The position numbers and the translations under genes were made by a program. This document shows, piece by piece, positions 19,466 to 29,547 of a stretch of 64,000 nt of DNA. Source of the DNA: Bacteroidales bacterium (GTDB taxonomy: Bacteria; Bacteroidota; Bacteroidia; Bacteroidales; P3); NCBI GenBank assembly GCA_017934545.1, contig JAGBJI010000010.1, positions 32,396 through 96,395 on the forward strand, read 5' to 3'. Each line of letters opens with the position of its first letter. Position 1 is the stretch's first letter. The notes beneath the pieces are model-generated. The model did not search any database, was not told where the DNA came from, and was given only the letters and a program-made list of their open reading frames with translations.

Positions 19466-20572
19466 ATGAAAACTACACCGTTTACAGAAAAACACATAGC
19501 ACTCGGTGCTAAAATGGCAGAGTTTGCAGGTTACAACATGCCTATATCATATACAGGATTGGTTGAAGAACATCACAACGTAAGAAAAAACGTAGGTGTT
19601 TTTGACGTTTCGCACATGGGAGAATTCCGTGCAAAAGGACCGAAAGCACACGACTTTATCCAATACTGCACATCAAACGACATAAACACATTGTTTGACG
19701 GCAAAGTTCTTTACACCGTTCTTCCTAACGGCAAAGGCGGTATCGTTGACGATATGCTTGTATACCGTATAAGCAAACAGGAATATTTTATGGTGCCTAA
19801 TGCAGCCAACATAGACAAGGATTGGGCTTGGATGAGCAAGATTGCTGCCGATATGGGCTTGCAGGTCGGAAAAGATTTCACCAACGAAAGCGATTTTTAC
19901 GGACAATTGGCAGTTCAGGGTCCTAATGCATTGAAGGTTATGCAGAAGTTGACCGACACCAAAGTTGAAGATATGGAGTATTATACGTTCAAATTCTTAA
20001 CTCTTGCAGGTGTTGAAAACGTTTTGTTGTCAACTACGGGCTACACGGGAGCCGGCGGATGTGAAATATACTTTGACAAAAAATACGCAGACAAGATTTG
20101 GGATGCAGTGTTTGAAGCAGGTAAAGAGTTCCAAATCATGCCTGCAGGTTTGGGATGCAGAGATACTTTGCGTTTGGAGATGGGATTTTGTTTGTACGGT
20201 CACGAAATAGACGACGAAACCTCGCCTATAGAAGCAGGACTTAACTGGTTGACCAAATTCGTTGACGGTAATGATTTCATAGACCGCAAATATTTGGAAG
20301 ACCAAAAGGCTAACGGAGTTAAGAAAAAACTTGTAGGATTCGAAATGGTCGGCAAAGGCATTCCGCGTAACGGTTACAACGTTTGCGACAAAGACGGCAA
20401 CGTTATAGGTCAAGTGCGTTCCGGAAGCCCTTCTCCGTCAACGGGCAAAAACATAGGCACAGCCCACGTCAAAACGGAGTTTTCCAAAAAAGACACTCCT
20501 ATATATATAGAGGTAAGAAACAAATTGGTTGAGGCAAAAGTTGTGAAAATGCCTTTCTACAAACCTGAATAA
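19466..20572 (+). CDS. gcvT: Glycine cleavage system aminomethyltransferase
   Basis: MKTTPFTEKH..LGAKM.EFAGY.MP..Y, VGVFDVSHMGEF and RDTLRLE motifs. Confidence 0.93.
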   Translation: MKTTPFTEKHIALGAKMAEFAGYNMPISYTGLVEEHHNVRKNVGVFDVSHMGEFRAKGPKAHDFIQYCTSNDINTLFDGKVLYTVLPNGKGGIVDDMLVYRISKQEYFMVPNAANIDKDWAWMSKIAADMGLQVGKDFTNESDFYGQLAVQGPNALKVMQKLTDTKVEDMEYYTFKFLTLAGVENVLLSTTGYTGAGGCEIYFDKKYADKIWDAVFEAGKEFQIMPAGLGCRDTLRLEMGFCLYGHEIDDETSPIEAGLNWLTKFVDGNDFIDRKYLEDQKANGVKKKLVGFEMVGKGIPRNGYNVCDKDGNVIGQVRSGSPSPSTGKNIGTAHVKTEFSKKDTPIYIEVRNKLVEAKVVKMPFYKPE

Positions 20573-20596
20573 TAAAAATATAATTGCTTGATAACA

Positions 20597-20631
20597 GGGC
20601 AGACACTTGATGTAAGTCTGCCCTGTTTATT
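20597..20631 (+). terminator. gcvT terminator
   Basis: GGGCAGAC / GTCTGCCC stem followed by a T-rich tail. Confidence 0.6.
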
Positions 20632-20645
20632 GTAAACCTTCAGCA

Positions 20646-21680
20646 ATGAAAGCATTTAATAAAACCAAACCTAAAAAACTTTCCCGCCTCAAACATTTGA
20701 GCCTTTTGCTGTGCATGATGCCCATCATAACCGACGCACAGGAAGAGATAATAATGTTTCATAATGTTGAGAATTTGTTTTATCCGCAAAACGACCCGCA
20801 GACTCTTGATGATGATTTCACCGTTGAAGGCAAAAAACATTGGACTTACAAAAAGTACAACGCCAAATTGAATGCGTTGGCAAAGACATATATTTCGGTG
20901 GATTCCGCAAAAATGCCCGCCGTTATCGGATTGTGCGAAATAGAAAACGACACCGTGTTGGATGCTTTGGTGCATTCAACCCCGTTAAGAAAGACCGGAT
21001 ATAAATACATTCACTATTCCTCGCGGGACATAAGGGGTATTGACGTGGCATTGTTGTACAACCCTGCCAAATTTAAGATTATGGACAGTTATCCATTGTC
21101 GCCCGTAATCCGAAAAGACATGGAACCGACGAGGGACGTTCTGTATGTAAGAGGGTTATTGGGGGAAATTTCGGTCAATCTTTATGTTGTCCATGCACCG
21201 TCAAGGCGTGAACACAACGCAAAGAAAGAATTGAGAAAAGATATTTTTCATATGATTTGTTCCCATGTGGATTCTCTTTCAACACAAGGCGAAAGCAATT
21301 TCATTGTAATGGGCGATATGAACGACAATCCTGCCGACGAAGCCGTTGAACAGGGATTTAACCTGAAAAGCAATGACACTCTGAACGGTTCTTACCTGCA
21401 CAATTTGATGTTAAACAACAAAGACAAATCCGTAGGTTCATATTTCTTTAACGGCAAAGTTCTTAATTTCGACCAATTTTTAGTTTCCTCTCCGATAAAA
21501 GACAGGTTGGTCTTTTCAGGCAATTGCAATGAAACATTTGTTTATAAACCCAAATTCTTAATTTCACAAGACCGTTCCGCACGTTACGATGTGCCGTTTT
21601 CCACTTACCGGGGTATGAAATACGAAGGCGGAGTCAGCGACCACTTCCCTATACTTATGCGTATCAAAGTGGGAAAATAA
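20646..21680 (+). CDS. Endonuclease/exonuclease/phosphatase (EEP) family protein
   Basis: Signal peptide. ...FHNVENLF..., GLCEIEN, VVHAPSR, MGDMNDNP and SDHFPI motifs. Confidence 0.75.
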   Translation: MKAFNKTKPKKLSRLKHLSLLLCMMPIITDAQEEIIMFHNVENLFYPQNDPQTLDDDFTVEGKKHWTYKKYNAKLNALAKTYISVDSAKMPAVIGLCEIENDTVLDALVHSTPLRKTGYKYIHYSSRDIRGIDVALLYNPAKFKIMDSYPLSPVIRKDMEPTRDVLYVRGLLGEISVNLYVVHAPSRREHNAKKELRKDIFHMICSHVDSLSTQGESNFIVMGDMNDNPADEAVEQGFNLKSNDTLNGSYLHNLMLNNKDKSVGSYFFNGKVLNFDQFLVSSPIKDRLVFSGNCNETFVYKPKFLISQDRSARYDVPFSTYRGMKYEGGVSDHFPILMRIKVGK

Positions 21681-21791
21681 CGCTTTGGCATGGTATTTGA
21701 CACTTTACAAACGAAGATACATTATATATTATATAAGGATAAAAAGACAATATTTTTTAACAAAAAAATATTGTAGATAAAAAAAAATTAA

Positions 21792-21799
21792 TATATTTG
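21792..21799 (+). promoter_or_regulatory. -7 box (TATATTTG) upstream of the small lipoprotein gene
   Basis: TAnnTTTG match about 78 nt upstream of ATG 21877. Confidence 0.45.
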
Positions 21800-21876
21800 C
21801 AAAATAAAACAGGGAGTAAGCGAAAATCCCACTTAAAAGAGTAGCGATTTGTTTAATTAAAAAATTTTTTAATAAA

Positions 21877-22131
21877 ATGAAAAAGACATTATTTACATTG
21901 GGAGTTCTAGCAGCATTGACATTAGGACTTACATCATGCGGAAAAAAAGATTGTAACTGCTACGTAGAAGTAGACGGCGAAAAAGTACAAGAATTGTTCA
22001 CAAAAGACAATCCTACTGTAACTGATTTCGACGGAGATTGTGACGAAGTTAAAACTTCTGACCTTTCTGCAGAATGGCGTAACATTGGTGAATTGTTTGA
22101 TGATTTCAAATTAGTTTGCGAAAAAGACTAA
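21877..22131 (+). CDS. Small Cys-rich lipoprotein, paralog 1
   Basis: Lipobox LTSC. The mature part has DCNC...DFDGDCDEVKTSDL...C. Paralogous to 22221-22439. Confidence 0.6.
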   Translation: MKKTLFTLGVLAALTLGLTSCGKKDCNCYVEVDGEKVQELFTKDNPTVTDFDGDCDEVKTSDLSAEWRNIGELFDDFKLVCEKD

Positions 22132-22153
22132 TTTAAATGCTGAAATGAAAGCG

Positions 22154-22192
22154 TACAGGGAGTACTTTACCAAGGGTGCTCCCTGTATTTAT
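22154..22192 (+). terminator. Hairpin after small lipoprotein gene 1
   Basis: TACAGGGAG / CTCCCTGTA stem followed by TTTAT. Confidence 0.45.
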
Positions 22193-22220
22193 AGAAATAA
22201 ACTCAAAACAAAAAACATAA

Positions 22221-22439
22221 ATGAAAGCGATTAAAATATTATTGTCCGCATTCGTTATCTGCATATTGGCAGTTGCATGTTCCGATACCAAAGACTGCAT
22301 CTGTACAACGGAATCGGACGGTGTTCAAAAGCAATCCCCTATGATGGATTGGGACGGAAGTTGCGACAAAATCACGGCTGACGATTTAGGCGTTGACGCT
22401 TTGATAAATCCTTGCGACGATTACAACGGAAGCAAATAA
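22221..22439 (+). CDS. Small Cys-rich lipoprotein, paralog 2
   Basis: Lipobox AVAC. DCIC...DWDGSCDKITADDL...C has the same Cys spacing logic as paralog 1. Confidence 0.6.
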   Translation: MKAIKILLSAFVICILAVACSDTKDCICTTESDGVQKQSPMMDWDGSCDKITADDLGVDALINPCDDYNGSK

Positions 22440-22442
22440 TAT

Positions 22443-23387
22443 ATGAAAGTAAAGAATATAATAGGTACCGCAGTACGGATACTTATAGGATTGGTGTTCG
22501 TCGCTTCTGCGGTTACTAAATATATATCCATAGATGCAGTAGACTTGTTTGTATACGAGCATCAGTTATTTTCTTGGAATGTAACCACATTTGTCACCCG
22601 CTTGTTGATTGCCGCAGAAGGTTGTTTGGGCATTATGCTTTTGGCTGGTATTTACCCAAAAACAGTCAAACGTCTTTCAATAATCATGTTGGCGGGTTTT
22701 ACGGTATACGTATTGCTCAAACCTGTTTTATTCAACGTAGACAGCGAGAACTGTCACTGTTTCGGTACCGTTTTGTTGTTGTCCGACCGTCAGACATTGA
22801 TAAAAAACATTATCCTTTTGACACTTTCTTATTTTATGTTCTGGGATAACGGTTGGCAGGGCAGATTCGGACGGTTTATATATTCTCAACGCAAATATTT
22901 AACAGCGGTAATAATTGCCGTATGTCTGATTGTAGTCAACACGGTTATGATGCCAGAGCCTATAGAAAGAAATCTTTTCCCTAAAAAAGCATCGGTTGAC
23001 CAAGATAAGTTTGAGTTTCTTATGCAGATGGATTCCGTTCAAAACCTTGAAGCCACAAAAGGCAAAAAGATTTTGTGCCTTTACTCAACGGGATGCAAGT
23101 ACTGCAAACAGTCAGCCATACGTTTGGATGTTTTAAGACAGAAATACGACATACCCGACAGCAACTTCGCCCTTGTCTTTTGGGGAAGTCAAAACGGTAT
23201 GGACTCGTTTTTTGTCAAAACAAACACCAAACCGCTGCCTCATACAATGGTTCACCCTATTCCTTTCTTGCAGGCAACCAAAGGCAGACAGCCCGTGGTC
23301 ATATTGTTTAACGAAGGCAAAATAGAGAAGTTGCTGAAATATCCTAACATAAACGAAAAAGACATTAAAAAATTTTTAAATAAATAG
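22443..23387 (+). CDS. MauE/DoxX-like membrane protein fused to a thioredoxin-like CxxC domain
   Basis: Four to five N-terminal TM helices with an NCHCFG motif (MauE-type). C-terminal LCLYSTGCKYCKQ thioredoxin-fold CxxC. Starts 4 nt after the preceding stop. Confidence 0.65.
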   Translation: MKVKNIIGTAVRILIGLVFVASAVTKYISIDAVDLFVYEHQLFSWNVTTFVTRLLIAAEGCLGIMLLAGIYPKTVKRLSIIMLAGFTVYVLLKPVLFNVDSENCHCFGTVLLLSDRQTLIKNIILLTLSYFMFWDNGWQGRFGRFIYSQRKYLTAVIIAVCLIVVNTVMMPEPIERNLFPKKASVDQDKFEFLMQMDSVQNLEATKGKKILCLYSTGCKYCKQSAIRLDVLRQKYDIPDSNFALVFWGSQNGMDSFFVKTNTKPLPHTMVHPIPFLQATKGRQPVVILFNEGKIEKLLKYPNINEKDIKKFLNK

Positions 23388-23413
23388 TACAAACACTTAA
23401 AAAAGCGGAAAAA

Positions 23414-24967
23414 ATGGTTAAGATTCTTTGGGCAGACGATGAAATAGATTTGTTGAAACCTTATATTTTGTTTTTGGAAGCGAAAGATTACAAGGTTATT
23501 CCTGCCACTGACGGACAGGAAGCGTTGGATATTCTTGACAAAGAGAGTGTGGACATAATGTTTTTGGACGAAAACATGCCCGGTCTTAACGGTTTGGAAA
23601 CCTTAACCCGCGTTAAAGCACTGATGCCTTCCCTTCCGGTCATAATGATAACCAAAAGCGAGGAAGAAAACATAATGGAACAGGCAATAGGTTCCAAGAT
23701 TTCCGACTATTTAATAAAACCTGTCAACCCCAATCAGATACTTTTGGTGTTGAAAAAGCATTTGGACACCAAAAAATTGGTCACCCAAACCCAGACAATG
23801 ACTTATCAGCAACAGTTCCGTGATATAAGCATGAGAATAAATCAAGGTTTGGACTATGACCAATGGACAGATTTATACAAGCAAATAGTTCATTGGGAAA
23901 TTGAGTTGGCTGACAGTAACGATGAAGAGATATTTGAAATATTGAAAGAACAGAAAACGGAAGCCAATCAACAGTTTTCAAAATATTATCAGCAAAATTA
24001 CATCACATGGTTGCACGACAATGACGGCAATGCACCGATGATGTCCCACAAGGTATTGTCAAAAGAAGTCTTTCCGTTGTTGAAGAAAAAACAGCGTCCC
24101 GTATTTTTTATAGTCTTGGACAACTTCCGGTTTGACCAATGGCGTGCCTTAAAACCAGAGATAGAGAAACTGTTGATGGTGGAAAACGAAGGCATTTATT
24201 ACAGCATTCTTCCTACGACCACACAATACGCAAGAAACTCTTTGTTTGCCTCAATGCTGCCCGATGATATAAAGAAAAACTATCCTCAATACTGGATAGA
24301 CGAAGACAAAGAGGGTAACAAAAACCAATATGAACCCGATTTAATGAACGAAAATCTTAAACGACACCGCATAAACGTCAACACCACTTATCACAAAGTG
24401 CTTAACGTCACGTACGGCATGAGAATGATAGACATTTTGCCGAACTTTATGCAAAATGATTTCAATGTTATTGTCTACAACTTCATAGATATGCTTTCCC
24501 ATGCAAGAACGGACAGCGATTTGGTGCGGGAATTGGCTTCGGACGAAAACGCTTACAGAGGGGTGACGCTGACTTGGTACGAACATTCCCCGTTAAAAGA
24601 AGTGTTGAAATATCTGTCCGACAAAGACGTTGACGTGTTCATCACCACAGACCACGGAAGCGTTAAAGTGGATACGCCCGTTAAGATAAAATCCAACAAA
24701 GAGGCATCGGTCAACCTGCGTTACAAGATAGGACGTCTGCTGGATTATGACCCCAAAGAAGTCTTTGCCGTAAAAAATTCGCAGGACGTAAGCATACCTC
24801 CTTTGTCTATAATGAGCCAAATGATATTCACACGTGCAAACGATTTCTTTGTATACCCTACGGAATACAACAAATACGTTCAATATTACATGAACACGTT
24901 CCAACACGGCGGAATTTCAATGGAAGAGTGCATGATACCGCTTATTCATTTAGTTCCCAAAGAATAA
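23414..24967 (+). CDS. porX: T9SS response regulator PorX (CheY receiver + PglZ/alkaline-phosphatase-like domain)
   Basis: ILWADDE...FLDENMPG..G receiver domain. C-terminal PglZ-type domain (VLDNFRFDQW...ITTDHGS...FQHGGIS). 517 aa, as for PorX. Confidence 0.85.
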   Translation: MVKILWADDEIDLLKPYILFLEAKDYKVIPATDGQEALDILDKESVDIMFLDENMPGLNGLETLTRVKALMPSLPVIMITKSEEENIMEQAIGSKISDYLIKPVNPNQILLVLKKHLDTKKLVTQTQTMTYQQQFRDISMRINQGLDYDQWTDLYKQIVHWEIELADSNDEEIFEILKEQKTEANQQFSKYYQQNYITWLHDNDGNAPMMSHKVLSKEVFPLLKKKQRPVFFIVLDNFRFDQWRALKPEIEKLLMVENEGIYYSILPTTTQYARNSLFASMLPDDIKKNYPQYWIDEDKEGNKNQYEPDLMNENLKRHRINVNTTYHKVLNVTYGMRMIDILPNFMQNDFNVIVYNFIDMLSHARTDSDLVRELASDENAYRGVTLTWYEHSPLKEVLKYLSDKDVDVFITTDHGSVKVDTPVKIKSNKEASVNLRYKIGRLLDYDPKEVFAVKNSQDVSIPPLSIMSQMIFTRANDFFVYPTEYNKYVQYYMNTFQHGGISMEECMIPLIHLVPKE

Positions 24968-24977
24968 AAACGCTCCG

Positions 24978-25400
24978 ATGGACAAAGAATTCCATATTCA
25001 ATCATTGCAGGATTTGCCCTCTGTTGCCAAAGAATTTCTAAACACTTTCCCCGATTGCAGAATTTTTGCTTTCAACGGCAAGATGGGTGCGGGCAAGACT
25101 ACTTTTATCAAAGCCCTTTGCAATGTTTTAGGAGTTGAAGACAATGTATGTTCACCCTCATTTGCAATAGTTAACGTCTATTTTTCACCATCCTGCCAAG
25201 AGGTTTACCACTTTGATTTCTACCGTTTGACCAATCCCATGCAGGCATTGGACATCGGAACGGAAGAATACTTTTACAGCGGACAATATTGTTTCATTGA
25301 ATGGGGCGAAAACATCGGGGATTTGATACCCGAAGACTGCATATTCGCAGACATTGAAGAACTCAACGGCAAATCAAGGAAAATCACAGTCAGATTATAA
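24978..25400 (+). CDS. tsaE: tRNA t6A biosynthesis protein TsaE
   Basis: 140 aa. GKMGAGKTTFIKAL P-loop, SPSFAIVN.Y, YHFDFYRL and IEWGE motifs. Confidence 0.88.
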   Translation: MDKEFHIQSLQDLPSVAKEFLNTFPDCRIFAFNGKMGAGKTTFIKALCNVLGVEDNVCSPSFAIVNVYFSPSCQEVYHFDFYRLTNPMQALDIGTEEYFYSGQYCFIEWGENIGDLIPEDCIFADIEELNGKSRKITVRL

Positions 25401-25412
25401 CTGAAAACCACA

Positions 25413-26273
25413 ATGCAAACATCAGAAGACAATATAAAAATCACCGAACAATTTATTTCTTTAGAAAAAATAATTGCCTCAAAGAACAAAAACTTACTTC
25501 GGTTTATACCAAAGCCGTTGTTAAACGCTTTCAAAAAATTTATATGTCTTAACAGAATCAATGAAATTATCTATAAATACCGTGACTGCAAGGGCGTTGA
25601 CTTTGCCGATGCGGTACTGAAAGAACTCAACATAACGCTTCAAATCACCAACCCTGACAATATACCGTCGCAAGGACGGCCTATAATTGTGGCAAATCAC
25701 CCGATAGGCTCGGTAGACGGTATGGGGCTGATAAGCACAATGGGGCGTTACCGCCGTGACATACTTTTTCCCGTCAACGATATATTGTGCCAACTTCCGG
25801 GATTAAGAAACGTGTTTGTTCCGATAAACAAATACGGCCGCAATACCGAAAATCACAACGCTCTGAACAATGCTTTCGAGGGCGGAAGTGCCGTATGTTT
25901 TTTCCCCGCAGGCACGGAGAGCAAGATTATTGACGGAAAATTGCAGGACTTTGCATGGAAAAAAACATTTATAACCAAAGCACAACAATTCCGACGCAAT
26001 ATAGTACCCGTTTATATTGAAGGCGGCAACAGCAAAGCCTTTTACAGATTCAGCAAAGTACGCAGATTTTTCGGAATAAAGTTTGACTTGGAAATGATAA
26101 TGCTGCCCCGTGAGTTGTTCAAACAGGCAGGAAAAAGTATAAAACTCACATTCGGAAAAGCCATACCGTACACCGAGTTGGATAAACGGTACAACGCATT
26201 GCAATGGGCAGATAAAATACGCACCTACGTCTATCAACTGCAATCCGACAACAACGCAGTATTTTCAGCATAG
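25413..26273 (+). CDS. Lysophospholipid/glycerol acyltransferase family protein
   Basis: VANHPIGSVDG (HX4D acyltransferase motif) and FPAGTES block. Confidence 0.65.
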   Translation: MQTSEDNIKITEQFISLEKIIASKNKNLLRFIPKPLLNAFKKFICLNRINEIIYKYRDCKGVDFADAVLKELNITLQITNPDNIPSQGRPIIVANHPIGSVDGMGLISTMGRYRRDILFPVNDILCQLPGLRNVFVPINKYGRNTENHNALNNAFEGGSAVCFFPAGTESKIIDGKLQDFAWKKTFITKAQQFRRNIVPVYIEGGNSKAFYRFSKVRRFFGIKFDLEMIMLPRELFKQAGKSIKLTFGKAIPYTELDKRYNALQWADKIRTYVYQLQSDNNAVFSA

Positions 26274-26314
26274 TAACAAAAAATTTTTGCTTTATAAAGA
26301 AAGGAATATAAAAA

Positions 26315-26342
26315 CCCCGCTATCATCAACTATGATGCGGGG
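26315..26342. terminator. Bidirectional hairpin between convergent genes
   Basis: CCCCGCTATCAT / ATGATGCGGGG stem with A/T-rich flanks. Confidence 0.5.
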
Positions 26343-26379
26343 TATTATAGTTTATAGGTATCTCTTTAAGAAAAGTTTT

Positions 26380-27033
26380 TCAGTCTATTATATATGTGTA
26401 GTATAGGGTTGCGGTGTAATTGTTTTGCTTTTCCAAGCGTCCGTTGCTGAAATATTTATCCCATGAGAATTCCGCACCGAATGCGTTGCGGTGGTCCAAA
26501 CTGAACATAAAGCCTACGTGAGGTATAACGCCGAATTTAAATCCGCCTTCCACCTCAAAATCTTTGTAATAGTACTCGTCCAAATTGGTATAGCGGCCTG
26601 TGGTGTAAGTGTTCTCCATCTTTGAGAACGAATAATCATATTTGCCCCACATAACGCTGCCCCCTACTCCTACGTAAGGCTTTACCTTGTTGTTGAAAAA
26701 ATAATAATTGACAAACAATGTCACGGGTATTTCCTGTGCGACGAACAACTGTTTGGTAGGAACGAAATCCCATTTCAGCCATTTGGGCTGATAGCGGCTG
26801 TAACCCATGGATATACCCCACGAAAGTTTTATTTCCTGGTATTGCCATTCGGCTACTATCTTGCCGCCTGCTCCCCATGAGTAGTTGTCTTTAAAATTGT
26901 CCTGCACCAAATGATAACAACCTCTGACGGAAAGGAACAAATCGTAAGGCGAATCGCCCGCACGGTGCCTGTCCTGTGCATTGATACCGGCATATACAAA
27001 GCAAAGTATAAGCGTTATTATTATTTTTTTCAT
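26380..27033 (-). CDS. Outer-membrane beta-barrel protein
   Basis: Signal peptide, alternating aromatic/Gly-rich strands, terminal aromatic-rich strand. Confidence 0.55.
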   Translation of the reverse strand: MKKIIITLILCFVYAGINAQDRHRAGDSPYDLFLSVRGCYHLVQDNFKDNYSWGAGGKIVAEWQYQEIKLSWGISMGYSRYQPKWLKWDFVPTKQLFVAQEIPVTLFVNYYFFNNKVKPYVGVGGSVMWGKYDYSFSKMENTYTTGRYTNLDEYYYKDFEVEGGFKFGVIPHVGFMFSLDHRNAFGAEFSWDKYFSNGRLEKQNNYTATLYYTYIID

Positions 27034-27051
27034 ACCGATGAATAATTTTGT

Positions 27052-28731
27052 TTACTTTTGTTTAGCCCACGAATCTTTCAAGGTTACAGTCCGGTTGAAC
27101 ACCAAATGCTCCTGCGTGCTTGAATCGTCAACGGAGAAATATCCCATGCGTTCAAATTGGAATTTGTCCTGTACTTTGGCCTGTGACAACGAGGTTTCAA
27201 CCTTGCAACCGTTCAATACGGTCAAAGAATTAGGATTTAAATTATCCAAGAATGTCTTTCCCTCTTCCGTTTCATCGGGTTTTTCGGTGATGAACAGACG
27301 GTCAAAAACATTGACTGTCGCATCCAAACAATTGTCAGCGTCAACCCAATGTATCGTTCCCTTGATTTTTCTGCCGTCAGGCGTATTGCCGCCGCGTGTA
27401 AGCGAATCGTATGTACAGTGGACTGCCGTTACGTTGCCCTGCTCGTCTTTTTCACAGCCCGTGCAACGCACAACATAAGCATAACGCAACCTTACTTCGT
27501 TGCCCGGTGTCAAACGGAAATATTTTTTAGGTGCATCTTCCATAAAGTCGTCACGCTCTATGTAAAGGGTTTTTGAAAAAGATATTTTACGCATACCCTT
27601 TGATGCATCCTCGGGGTTGTTTACCGCATCCAATTGCTCGCTTGTGTTTTCAGGGTAATTGTCTATTATAAGTTTTACGGGATTCAACACCGCCATAACC
27701 CTGTCGGCTCTTTTGTTCAAATCGTCACGCAAAGCGTTTTCCAACCTTGAATAGTCTATAAGGTTGTCACGTTTTGCCACGCCTATGTCTTCGCAAAACA
27801 TTCTTATGCTTTCGGGCGTGTAACCGCGTCTTCTCAAACCGCATATTGTCGGCATACGCGGGTCGTCCCACCCCGAAACATAACCTTCTTTGACTAATTG
27901 CAACAGTTTACGCTTGCTCATAACGGTATTGGTTATGTTTAAGCGTGCAAATTCGTATTGGTGCGACGGGTAAATGCCCAACGACTGTATAAACCAATCG
28001 TACAAAGGGCGGTGGATGTCAAATTCAAGTGTACAGATGGAATGTGTGATGTTTTCTATACTGTCGCTCTCGCCGTGGGCATAGTCGTACATAGGGTATA
28101 TGCACCATTTGTCGCCCGTACGGTGATGCGAAGTATGGATTATGCGGTACATTATCGGGTCCCTCATGTTCATATTCGGGTGTGCCATGTCTATTTTCGC
28201 CCTCAAAGTCTTTTCCCCGTCTTTGAATTTGCCCTGACGCATCTGTTCAAACAAGGTTAAATTTTCTTCAACGCTTCTGTCCCTGAACGCAGAATTGACT
28301 CCTGGAGTTTGAACTGTACCCCGGTTTAGGCGTATCTGCTCGGGCGTTTGGTCGTCAACGTATGCAAGACCTTTTTTTATGAGTTCGCAAGCCCATAAAT
28401 ACAATTGTTCAAAATAATCGCTTGCATAATGTTCTTCAGCCCATGAAAAGCCGAGCCATTTTATATCTTCCTTGATAGAATCCACGTATTCGGTGTCCTC
28501 CTTTACGGGATTGGTGTCGTCAAAACGCAGATTCGTAGTACCGCCGTATTTCTTTGCAAGACCGAAATTAATACATATGCTCTTTGCATGTCCTATATGC
28601 AGATAGCCATTAGGTTCGGGCGGAAACCTCGTGCGGACTGCACTGATATGACCCGAACTCAAATCGTTTTCTATTATCTCTTCAAGAAAATTTTTCTGTA
28701 TTTTTTCCGTCGTCTGATTATTTAATTCCAT
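27052..28731 (-). CDS. glnS: Glutamine--tRNA ligase
   Basis: [17 protein letters not shown] (HIGH) and VMSKRKL (KMSKS-type). 559 aa. Confidence 0.95.
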   Translation of the reverse strand: MELNNQTTEKIQKNFLEEIIENDLSSGHISAVRTRFPPEPNGYLHIGHAKSICINFGLAKKYGGTTNLRFDDTNPVKEDTEYVDSIKEDIKWLGFSWAEEHYASDYFEQLYLWACELIKKGLAYVDDQTPEQIRLNRGTVQTPGVNSAFRDRSVEENLTLFEQMRQGKFKDGEKTLRAKIDMAHPNMNMRDPIMYRIIHTSHHRTGDKWCIYPMYDYAHGESDSIENITHSICTLEFDIHRPLYDWFIQSLGIYPSHQYEFARLNITNTVMSKRKLLQLVKEGYVSGWDDPRMPTICGLRRRGYTPESIRMFCEDIGVAKRDNLIDYSRLENALRDDLNKRADRVMAVLNPVKLIIDNYPENTSEQLDAVNNPEDASKGMRKISFSKTLYIERDDFMEDAPKKYFRLTPGNEVRLRYAYVVRCTGCEKDEQGNVTAVHCTYDSLTRGGNTPDGRKIKGTIHWVDADNCLDATVNVFDRLFITEKPDETEEGKTFLDNLNPNSLTVLNGCKVETSLSQAKVQDKFQFERMGYFSVDDSSTQEHLVFNRTVTLKDSWAKQK

Positions 28732-28766
28732 CTGTACACTGTTGTTAGCGGTTTAAAAAACGAATG

Positions 28767-29153
28767 TTAGTTGTTTTGTTTCTTCAACAAATCCCTGATT
28801 TCTGCCAATAGTTCCTGGTCTTTGGTAGGAGCAGGCGGTGCAGCAGGCTCTTCTTCTTTTTTCTTTGACAACTTGTTCAAACCTTTAATCATCATAAAGA
28901 TACAGAACGCAATGATAAGGAAATCAACTATGTTTTGGATGAAATTGCCGTAGGCTATACTTGCATCGCCTACCGTTGCTTTCAATCCCGTGAAGTCAAT
29001 TCCGCCCGTAATCACACCGATTAAAGGCATCAATACATCATCAACCAAAGAAGACACTATCTTTCCGAAAGCACCTCCGATAATAACGCCGACAGCCATA
29101 TCAACAACGTTGCCGCGCATTGCAAAATCTCTGAATTCTTTAACTAAACTCAT
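28767..29153 (-). CDS. mscL: Large-conductance mechanosensitive channel
   Basis: Start at ATG 29153. [43 protein letters not shown] is the canonical MscL N-terminus. Confidence 0.92.
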   Translation of the reverse strand: MSLVKEFRDFAMRGNVVDMAVGVIIGGAFGKIVSSLVDDVLMPLIGVITGGIDFTGLKATVGDASIAYGNFIQNIVDFLIIAFCIFMMIKGLNKLSKKKEEEPAAPPAPTKDQELLAEIRDLLKKQNN

Positions 29154-29384
29154 AATTACGTTTAATTTTTTTGTGTTTAAAACTATTAAATAATCTATTG
29201 TCGTGCAAAGATAATGAATTTTTATCAAATACAAAGACAAATTGTTGCATATACGGCAAAAAAATTCACCTCAACAGATGTGTTGAAATTTTACTTCAAA
29301 ATGTTAACCTTTTGTTTTTATAACGTTTACGTGCTATCAGAGATTGTTTTCACATTCCTTTTCAAACGCCCTTTGTAAAAACGC

Positions 29385-29538
29385 CGCCGCTCTTTGCGTT
29401 TTGGTTTTTGCCCTTTCAGAAAGTAAAAGCAAAAAAATCACATTTTTTAATGCAAAAAAATAGGTTTTTTGGGTCAAAAAATGTGATTTTTTTAAGATTA
29501 CTTTCGCAAAGGGCAAAAACTAAATGCGAAAAGGCAGC
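29385..29538. repeat. MITE-like intergenic element (family 2, copy E)
   Basis: TIRs ...TTTGCGTTTTGGTTTTTGCCCTTTCAGAAAG / CTTTCGCAAAGGGCAAAAACTAAATGCGAAAAGG. The interior AAAAAATCACATTTTTT...AAAAAATGTGATTTTTT is palindromic. Confidence 0.8.
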
Positions 29539-29547
29539 CGTATATGA

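Noticed and set aside
23414-24967. PglZ domain protein as a marker of a BREX/DISARM-like defence system
   Set aside because: An N-terminal CheY receiver, a length of 517 aa and housekeeping neighbours (tsaE) fit PorX of the T9SS. No BREX genes (brxC, pglX, brxL) are nearby.
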